64,000 bases of DNA, from contig CAZRRO010000012.1 of assembly GCA_964602595.1 (NCBI GenBank), forward strand, positions 4,314 to 68,313. The letters run 5' to 3'. Below the pieces are notes generated by a model. That model saw nothing but the letters and a program-made list of their open reading frames with translations, searched no databases and was not told the origin of the DNA. Positions 19,025 to 26,900 of this stretch are shown piece by piece (the first letter of the stretch is position 1; each line of letters begins with the position of its first letter). The translations under genes and the position numbers were made by a program. The DNA is from an uncultured Verrucomicrobiota bacterium (lineage in GTDB: Bacteria > Verrucomicrobiota > Verrucomicrobiia > Limisphaerales > UBA9464).

Positions 19025-19396
19025 ATGTCAGCACTGCCCAGAATCTCCGAAACCGAGTGGGAGATCATGCGCGTCGTCTGGGGCAAAAGCCCCATCACGG
19101 CAGCAGAGATCATCGAGGAACTCACCAAGTCCGATTCCTCCTGGCACCCGGTCACCGCCAAGACCCTGATCAACCGCCTCGTCAAGAAGGGGGCCTTGGG
19201 TTTCGACCAGGAAGGTCGGGCCTATCTCTACCGGCCGCTCGTCAGCGAGAAGGACTGCATCAGCGCGGTGAGTTCCTCGTTCATTGAACGGGTATTTGGC
19301 GGATCCCTGTCCGGTTTGGTCGCGCATTTCGTAGAGGGCCGGAAGCTTTCGCCCAAACAGTTGCGGGATCTGCGCAAGGTAATGGACGAGAAGTAA
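19025..19396 (+). CDS. blaI: BlaI/MecI/CopY family transcriptional repressor
   Basis: 123 aa; ISETEWEIMRVVWGKSPITAAEIIEEL...WHPVTAKTLINRLVKKGAL is the penicillinase-repressor winged helix. Confidence 0.8.
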   Translation: MSALPRISETEWEIMRVVWGKSPITAAEIIEELTKSDSSWHPVTAKTLINRLVKKGALGFDQEGRAYLYRPLVSEKDCISAVSSSFIERVFGGSLSGLVAHFVEGRKLSPKQLRDLRKVMDEK

Positions 19397-19424
19397 CCGG
19401 CGCCGGGATTGGCCAGCCTGAAAT

Positions 19425-20468
19425 ATGGAAGCCCCCTTCATCGCGGAGTTCTTGGGACAGCTCGTCCGGGCCACCGGGCAGGCGTCCCTCCTTGCGTTGG
19501 TGATCTGGCTTGTGATTCATGCGCTGGGTGAGCACCTGAATCCCGAATGGCGTTGCCGGCTCTGGCTGCTGGCCATCGTCCGCCTCGCCTGGCCGGTTTC
19601 CCTGCCCAGTCCGGTCAGCCTTTTCAACTTGGTCGCGGCCCCGGCCAGTTGGGCGGGGCCCGAACATTCCTCGCGCTATCTCGCCGACGAATTGCTGGCC
19701 CAGCTCGAACGCAGTTTGGAGCAGCCATGGGTGGCGGTGGTCTGGGCGATCGGGGCCGGTGCCTTGTTGTTCCGGGGGGTGCTCGCGGCGGGCTGGGCGT
19801 TTTGGGTGCGGGCGTCGGCCCGTCCCTTGGCTTCCTGGGAGGCATGGTGGCTCTTGCAAGAATGCAAGGGGGTGTTGGGAGTGGCTGATCCGGTAGCGAT
19901 CCTGGAGTCGGCCCGCGTCAAGAGCCCCTGCCTCCTCGGGCTTTTCCGGCCGGCGCTGGTCCTGCCCGCGGGTCTTTCCAGCGAACTTTCCGCCAATGAA
20001 CTGCGGCTGATCATGCTGCATGAGCTGGCCCACCTGCGTCGTCGTGACCTTGCGCTCAATTGGGTGCTGGCGGCGGTCGAGACCATCCATTGGTTCAATC
20101 CCGTCGTCTGGTCGTTAACCCGCAAGATTCGCGACGAACGGGAGGAAGATTGCGATGCCCGTGCGTTGGCCACCCAACCGCAGTCCTGCCGCGAATATGG
20201 CGAAGTGCTCCTGAAGTTGCTTGAACGGGATTGTGACGGCGCTACCCCGACCATGGCGACGGCGATGCTGGGCGACGTCGAGGACGAAGTGGCGCCCCTC
20301 CGGCATCGGCTGAACGCCATCATGAAGTTCCGGCCTGGCAGCCGGCGCTGGGTGGTCGGGTTCTGCACTTGGCTGGCGGTTGCCTTGGTTGGACTGACCG
20401 ATCCGATCCCCGCAGCTCCGCTGGATGTTGCGGCGGCACCCTCCGCGCAGGTCTCTCGAGCCGCCTGA
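19425..20468 (+). CDS. BlaR1/MecR1-like M56 peptidase-domain membrane protein (no extracellular sensor domain)
   Basis: Four N-terminal TMs; HELAHLRRRDL (HExxH) M56 motif. It ends at 347 aa without a PBP/transpeptidase-like sensor. It follows blaI by 28 bp. Confidence 0.75.
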   Translation: MEAPFIAEFLGQLVRATGQASLLALVIWLVIHALGEHLNPEWRCRLWLLAIVRLAWPVSLPSPVSLFNLVAAPASWAGPEHSSRYLADELLAQLERSLEQPWVAVVWAIGAGALLFRGVLAAGWAFWVRASARPLASWEAWWLLQECKGVLGVADPVAILESARVKSPCLLGLFRPALVLPAGLSSELSANELRLIMLHELAHLRRRDLALNWVLAAVETIHWFNPVVWSLTRKIRDEREEDCDARALATQPQSCREYGEVLLKLLERDCDGATPTMATAMLGDVEDEVAPLRHRLNAIMKFRPGSRRWVVGFCTWLAVALVGLTDPIPAAPLDVAAAPSAQVSRAA

Positions 20469-20474
20469 GGCGAA

Positions 20475-20987
20475 TCAGCGGGGTGGACTCAGCCTCGGTT
20501 GTCCAGCCCCAAGGGCCTCGACATCCACGGTGCCGGATTTGGCGGCCTTCAGCCGGACCGTCCGGCTTCCTTGCTGTGCGAAAACGGTGCTCTCGAGGCG
20601 GTATGCAACTGTCTTCGACTCGAACATGCGGTGAAACGACCGGATGAGCCGGAAGGTGCTCAGGTAGACGGCCACGTCCTGGGTAGTCGTCGCCAGGCGC
20701 GGCACCTCCGATTCCTGATTGCTGAGGCCTTGGCCGACGTAAACGTCGTTCAGGTAAACCTTATGGCTGCCTCCGGTTACCCGCAGCGCTTCGGGGGAGC
20801 CGTTCTGCAGGCGGATCGTAAAATTCAAGGCCGCTTCCCCAATTCCGCCGCCTCCGTCGCGCGGCGCCGTGATGTTCACAAGGCTGACGTCGAAGGCGCC
20901 GTCCTCCTGAGGCGTGGCACATCCCGAAACGAGGAACGCGGCGGCGAGCGGAACCGCCCAAGACAGGCGCAGAGACGGTGATTTCAT
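20475..20987 (-). CDS. Lipoprotein, LEA14/WHy-like
   Basis: Lipobox AFLVSGC; beta-rich domain. Preferred over the + ORF 20499..20981, which is low-complexity. Confidence 0.5.
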   Translation of the reverse strand: MKSPSLRLSWAVPLAAAFLVSGCATPQEDGAFDVSLVNITAPRDGGGGIGEAALNFTIRLQNGSPEALRVTGGSHKVYLNDVYVGQGLSNQESEVPRLATTTQDVAVYLSTFRLIRSFHRMFESKTVAYRLESTVFAQQGSRTVRLKAAKSGTVDVEALGAGQPRLSPPR

Positions 20988-20997
20988 GGAAAGAGAA

Positions 20998-21507
20998 TCA
21001 ATTGTTGGTGGGAGCGTCCGGGGCGGGCGGCGATTTTTCGGTCCTGCGTTCGACGAAAAAGGACTTCAGCATCCCGGCGCATTCGTCGCGGCGAACCCCG
21101 GCGGTAATGTCGCACCGGTGGTTGAGCGTAGGGAATTGGAGCAAGTTCATCGCCCCGCCGGCGGCCCCGCCCTTGGCGTCGGGCGCGCCGAACACTACGC
21201 GGTCCAGCCGACAGTGGACGATGGCGCCGGCGCACATGGGGCAGGGTTCCTTGGTCACGTAGAGGGTGCAGCCGTTGAGGCGCCAGTCACCGATCGCGCT
21301 TTCGGCGGCGGTCAGCGCCAGCATCTCCGCGTGGGCAGTGGCGTCCTTCAGCAGCTCCACTTGGTTCCAAGCCCGGGCAATGATCCGCCCCTCGAAGGTC
21401 ACGACCGCGCCCACCGGCACTTCGCCGGCCGCATAGGCCTTGGAGGCCTGCCGCAGGGCTTCGCCCATGAAGTGCGCGTCCAATTCGGCTAGCGCTTCCG
21501 GGTTCAT
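20998..21507 (-). CDS. tadA: tRNA adenosine(34) deaminase
   Basis: HAEMLAL...PCPMCAGAI is the CDA zinc-binding motif; 169 aa. Confidence 0.85.
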   Translation of the reverse strand: MNPEALAELDAHFMGEALRQASKAYAAGEVPVGAVVTFEGRIIARAWNQVELLKDATAHAEMLALTAAESAIGDWRLNGCTLYVTKEPCPMCAGAIVHCRLDRVVFGAPDAKGGAAGGAMNLLQFPTLNHRCDITAGVRRDECAGMLKSFFVERRTEKSPPAPDAPTNN

Positions 21508-22010
21508 CGGGCGGCCAGCGGCGAGGATTGTTCCAACGTCCAGACGTTCTGTCCGCCGGCGTGGCAGCGGCAGTGGGCGGCGAAGAAGCCGCCCCGATGT
21601 TGCCAGAACAGGGGCCAGATCCGTTCGCGATCGGTCACCGGAATCGCCAGCGCCTCGACCGCGGTGCGAGCGAAGAAGGCAAAGTCGCCCTCTGGATGCG
21701 CCGGCGGCACGACTGTCAACCGGGGCCGGATCTCATAGAGGAATATCAGCCAATGCGCCTGCCCTTCGTAGCCGTGCTCGCTGATGAACCCGGTCAGGTG
21801 CAGGTCGTGCGGTTGCAGCCGCAGGCCCAGTTCCTCGTGGGCTTCGCGGCAGGCGCAGGCGAACGGTGATTCCCCGGTTTCCGTCTTCAGCTTCCCGCCG
21901 GGCGGAGACCACAGGCCGGCGTTCGGCTCTCTCCGGCGCTGGAGGAGCAGCACTTCGTCCCGCGCGTTGAAGCCGTAGAGCAGGGTGGCGATGCGGTAAG
22001 GCAGGTTCAC
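21504..22010 (-). CDS. NUDIX hydrolase
   Basis: Nudix box GGKLKTETGESPFACACREAHEELGL. Overlaps tadA by 4 nt. Confidence 0.75.
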   Translation of the reverse strand: MNLPYRIATLLYGFNARDEVLLLQRRREPNAGLWSPPGGKLKTETGESPFACACREAHEELGLRLQPHDLHLTGFISEHGYEGQAHWLIFLYEIRPRLTVVPPAHPEGDFAFFARTAVEALAIPVTDRERIWPLFWQHRGGFFAAHCRCHAGGQNVWTLEQSSPLAAR

Positions 22011-22017
22011 GGCGGAA

Positions 22018-22344
22018 TCAGCCGAGGAACGAGCACACGTATTCGCAGATGCCGGCGGTCACCTCGATGTCGAAGCCGGATTTGGCCGGCACGTCGAAGT
22101 GCTGGCCGCCGGCGTAGCAGGCGACGTTGGGTTGCCCGTCGAGCTTCACCACGCAGGCACCGGCGACAATCTCCATGCGCTCCGCCTTGTCGGTGCCGAA
22201 GTGGAACTTGCCCGGATAAATCAGGCCGAGGGTCTTCTTGGAACCGTCGGCAAACAGGATGGAATGGCTGACCACCTTGCCGTCGAAATACACGTTGGCC
22301 TTGGCGACAGCGGTGACGTTCTTGAATTCAGTCGGTGCGGACAT
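22018..22344 (-). CDS. ppnP: Pyrimidine/purine nucleoside phosphorylase PpnP (DUF1255 cupin)
   Basis: NVYFDGKVVSHSI...GKFHFGT...MEIVAGAC are PpnP/YaiE motifs. Start is at MSAPTEF. Confidence 0.7.
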   Translation of the reverse strand: MSAPTEFKNVTAVAKANVYFDGKVVSHSILFADGSKKTLGLIYPGKFHFGTDKAERMEIVAGACVVKLDGQPNVACYAGGQHFDVPAKSGFDIEVTAGICEYVCSFLG

Positions 22345-22451
22345 CGGCCGGAGGTTCCCGGAAGAACCCGCCCGGATGCAAGTGCCGGCGCGACGCGGGA
22401 GCGCGCTCCCGCCTTGCGTGTGGGCCGGCCCCATCCCTAGCGTCCGGGCAC

Positions 22452-23822
22452 ATGAGCACGCTGGTTTTGGCAGGCGGACGGGTCATTGATCCGGCTTCGG
22501 GATTCGATGCGGTGGCGGACGTCGTTCTCCAGGACGGCAAGGTCGCGGCGTTGGGAGCCGGTGCCGGCGTGGCCTTTCCCGGGGCGGAACGTCACGACGT
22601 AACTGGCAAAGTGGTTTGTCCCGGACTGATCGACCTGCACGTCCACCTACGCGAGCCTGGCCAGACCAAGAAGGAGGACATTGTTACCGGCGCGAACTGC
22701 GCGGCCCGAGGCGGGTTCACGACCGTCGTCTGCATGCCGAACACCTCCCCGGCCATCGATAACCCCGGCACTGTGGCGCTCATCCATGATAAGGCTCAGC
22801 AGGCGTGCGTTCGCGTCGAAGTCACCGGTGCGCTGACCAAGGCCATTTCCGGCGAGGAACTGGCCCCCATTGGCTCCCTCGCCAAGGCTGGCATCGTCGC
22901 CCTGACCGATGACGGCAAGTGCATCCAGAATAACGAGCTCATGCGCCGCGCCTGCGAATACGCCCGCATGTTCGGCCTGCCGGTCATGGATCATTGCCAG
23001 GACTACGGCCTCGTGACCGACGGCGTGATGCACGAGGGTCATTACTCGATGCGGCTGGGCCTGCGCGGTTGGCCGGCGGCCGGCGAGGAGATGATTGTCG
23101 CCCGTAACATCCTGCTCGCGGAACAGACCGGGACCCACATCCACTGCCAGCATCTCAGCAGCGCCGGCAGCGTGCGCCTGCTGCGCGAGGCAAAGTCGCG
23201 CGGCGTGCCGGTGTCCGGCGAAGGCTGCCCGCACCACTTCACCCTCACGGACGCCAGCATCGCCGGCAGCGAAGAGTTCTGGAAAGCCGACGGCGCCGAA
23301 CTGGCGAAGCGTTTCTTCGGCGCCCACGCGCTGCCCGCTTGGCCGAGCTACCACACCCACTTCAAGATGAACCCGCCGCTGCGCTCCGCCGCTGACCGGG
23401 CCGCGATCATCGAGGGTTTGGCCGACGGCACGCTGGAGATCATCTCCAGCGACCACGCGCCGCACACGGAATCGGAAAAGGAAGTCGAGTTCGACTACGC
23501 GCCGTTCGGAATCCTTGGGCTTGAGGTGGAATTGGCACTGTCGCTGATGGCGCTGCACCACACCGGCCGGTTGCCGTTGCCGCAGGTGCTGGCAAAGCTC
23601 ACCTGTAATCCGGCCAAACTGCTCCGCTTCACCGATGGCCGCGGTGAGCTCAGAGTCGGCGGAGTGGGCGATGTTACCGTGATCGATCCGGACTGCGAAT
23701 GGACCAGCGACCGGGAACAGACCGCGAGCAAGTCTCGCAACAACCCATTCCACGGTTGGCGAATGAAGGGCAAGGCCGTGCTGACGATTGTCGGCGGCAA
23801 GGTGGTTTACCGCGAAGGCTGA
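22452..23822 (+). CDS. pyrC: Dihydroorotase (amidohydrolase superfamily, large type)
   Basis: GLIDLHVHLREPGQTKKEDIVTGANCAARGGFTTVVCMPNT; SDHAPH. Start is at MSTLVLAGG. Confidence 0.8.
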   Translation: MSTLVLAGGRVIDPASGFDAVADVVLQDGKVAALGAGAGVAFPGAERHDVTGKVVCPGLIDLHVHLREPGQTKKEDIVTGANCAARGGFTTVVCMPNTSPAIDNPGTVALIHDKAQQACVRVEVTGALTKAISGEELAPIGSLAKAGIVALTDDGKCIQNNELMRRACEYARMFGLPVMDHCQDYGLVTDGVMHEGHYSMRLGLRGWPAAGEEMIVARNILLAEQTGTHIHCQHLSSAGSVRLLREAKSRGVPVSGEGCPHHFTLTDASIAGSEEFWKADGAELAKRFFGAHALPAWPSYHTHFKMNPPLRSAADRAAIIEGLADGTLEIISSDHAPHTESEKEVEFDYAPFGILGLEVELALSLMALHHTGRLPLPQVLAKLTCNPAKLLRFTDGRGELRVGGVGDVTVIDPDCEWTSDREQTASKSRNNPFHGWRMKGKAVLTIVGGKVVYREG

Positions 23823-23957
23823 AGTGGTTCTGTGAGCGGGAACGCGCTGAATTGGCGTGTTTCTGCGTCTTGGTGTGGGCTGCATTTGAGGCCCTTCGCC
23901 TCCTAACCTCGGTAGCTACCGGAAATACAATCCTGCAAATGAATGTCCGTTCCGGGT

Positions 23958-26900
23958 TCAAGTCTTCGGCTTCTGCGCCTCCTCCAGCACCTTATGGAAG
24001 CGCTCCACGAAGGTGTGTTCGTTGGCCAGCATCTCTTGGGTGATTTCGACTTCCACCGTTCCTTGCTTTGCCCGGGTCGCGAGCAGCTCTTGGGCGGTCC
24101 GGAGATGATCGCGCTGCTGCGTGGCCAAGTCTTTCAGCGACGCCAGCGTGCTGTGGATCATCTCCATCTCGTGCGAGAGGCTGTCGATCTTGCCCGTGAC
24201 GGCGGAACCCTGCGCGGCGCTGACGGTGCGGCTGAGATCTTCGCCGAGCGCCTTCAATCCTTCTCCCAGTTGTGCGCCGAACTTCTCGATGCCGGCGGTA
24301 GACTCCGGAGCCGGCACCGGAGCGGCGCCGGGCGTTGCGGCCGCGGCGATGACGCGGCCGAGGCGCTCTTCCAACGTCGTGCGCAGCGATTCGAGGCTCT
24401 GGCCGATGGAACCCAGATCCAAGGTAATCGGCGCCTGCGGACGTGACGCGGCGGCGGCGACGGTGGTGCGAAGAGATTCCAAACTCTGCCCCAGCGAACT
24501 CACGTCGAGCACGACAGGGTCCTTTGGCTTGGCGGCGGCGATGGCCAGCGTGGTCTGGATGGATTCGAGGCCCGTCTGGAACAACGAGAGCTGGGCCACG
24601 ACGCGGCCGACGGGGTCGTTCTGGTCGGTGCCGCGGGTGAACTGGTTTCGCTGGAAGGTCTTCTTGATGTCGGCCCAGCGCGCGGCTTCGTCGGGCTTGA
24701 GTTCGCCGATGAGTTCCTTGAAACGGAGCAGATTCGCCTCGGCGCCGGTGGTGAGCGTCTGCGATTCGCCGCGGTAGTGGCCGATGACGAGCGCGCGGAC
24801 CTCGTCGTCGTTCATGATGGCGGCGACCTTTTCCGCGAGGCGGTTCATGTTGCGGTAGGAACCCTGGAGCTTGAACGCGGGCTCGGTGCGGAACTCGTCG
24901 GCCTGGCCGGCGGAGGCGATGTATTCCTCGTTCACCCGCATGACGACGTCGCGGATGGCCACAAGCTTCTTCATGACGGAGAGCACCTCGTCCAACTCCT
25001 GCGCGGAATAGGTTCCCTCCAAGCCTTCGGCCGTGCGCTGGCCGGTCTCGGCCATGCGGACGAACGCGCGGATGTCGGCCTGGCTGCGCACGGCGAGCGG
25101 CGCGAGCACGGCGTTCGAGGTGACGGCGTTCTCGAGGTAACTCGCCTTGAACCACTCGGCGTTGGCACCGATGACGTCGCCCAGGTTGTAGGTGTCGGCG
25201 CGGTTCGCGAGCATGTCGGGAATTTTGAACTTCTGCCCGCTCTCGGTGTAGGGATTGCCCGCCATGACCACGACGACCTTGCGGCCGCGCAGGTCATAGG
25301 TGCGGGGTTGCTTGCGCCAGACACCCTCGATCTTCCGCTGGCCGTCGCAGAGGGAGATGAACTTCTGCAGGAACTCGGGATTGCAGTGCTGGATGTCGTC
25401 GATGCAGATGAGGGCGTTGTCACCCATCTCCAGCGCGAGGTTCAGCTTGGAGATCTCCTCGCGCGCGGCGGCGTTGGGCGCCTCCTCGGGATCGAGCGAC
25501 GTGACGGCGTGGCCGATGGCCGGGCCGTTGATCTTCACGAAGACGATGCCAAGCCGGCTGGCGACGTATTCGAGCAGCGTGGTCTTGCCGTAACCGGGCG
25601 GGGAAATGAGGAGCAACAGGCCCATCAGGTCCGTGCGTTTGGCCGCACCGGCGGCGCCGATCTGCTTGGCGAGGTTGTCGCCGACCATCGGGAGATAGAC
25701 GCGGTCGGTGAGCTGGTTGCGGACGAAGGACGACAGGACGCGCGGCTTGAATTCATCGAGCCGGAGCCGCTTGCGTTCGCGGTCGAGCAACTGGCCCTTG
25801 AGCCGATGGTAAGCCTCGAAGCGCGGCACGGCCTCGGTCTCGAAACGGCGCAGGCGCGCGGTAAAGTCGAGGTAGTCGAAGGTGTAGCGGTTGGCCTCGA
25901 TGCGCGGATGAGCGCCGCGCAGGGCTTCGAGCACGCGGCGGGATTCGGCATGGACCGGCGTGCGCGGCAAGGCATCGCCGCAGAAGAGGATGGCGGTGGT
26001 CTCTTCGAGGTGCGACGTAGCCGCCGACGTGAGGAGGCGGACGTCCGTTGAACTGTTCGACGCTCCTTCCGCCTCGTTACCTCGGCGGCTACCGGACAGC
26101 AGAAATCCCTTCACCCAGTCGCGCACCAGTTCCAGCTCGCTGGAGGGATGCCCGTTCAACGCGGCACGGGCGGCGGCGAAGGTGTCGTCGTGGCCTTTGG
26201 CGACGAGGTGTTGTTGGAAGGCCGTGGCCAACTGATCGGCCTCGCGGGTGACGGTGAACGATTCGCCGTCGCTCAGTTCTTGGAACAGGTATTCGCCGGC
26301 CTCGGCTGCCAGCGTTTCGGGATAGAGCGGCTGGGTCTTCAGGAACTCGCCGATGAGTTTCTGGAGCGCGATGACGTAGTCCTGCTGGACGGGATCACCG
26401 GGGAAGAGCCGGTTGCGTTCGCCGAAGGCCTTGAGCTTGGCGGTCCAGAGCGCGCGGGTTTCGGCGGGGCAGAATCGGCTCCAGTAAACCACGGCGCACG
26501 CCCGGGCTTCGGGACGGAATCGCGCGCGTTGCAGCGCCAGATGTGTCTCCGCCAGCACAGTAAAGATGCGCGCGCCATCGATATCGTGGAGGCCCTTGGT
26601 GTAGCCGTCCTGGTAACGCGCGGCCATGAACTCCTGCACGGCGACAAGGCGCTGCTCTTCGGAGAGGGCGAGAAAGTCTTCGAGTTTGGACGCGCCAAGC
26701 ATCTGCCACGCGAGATACTCGGCGCGGTAAACCTCCGCGTTCTCGGAAATCACTTCCTGGTCCCAGACCTGCCGCGTGGCCAGGTAGTCCGCGTCGGTGA
26801 TCGCGTCGAAATACTTCGTGCTCGTCAGGTGGAAGTGCGGCTGGCCGTCGCGCTGGACGATGGTCAGGTCGAGCGGCTGCGTGTTGACGTTGAACTTGTG

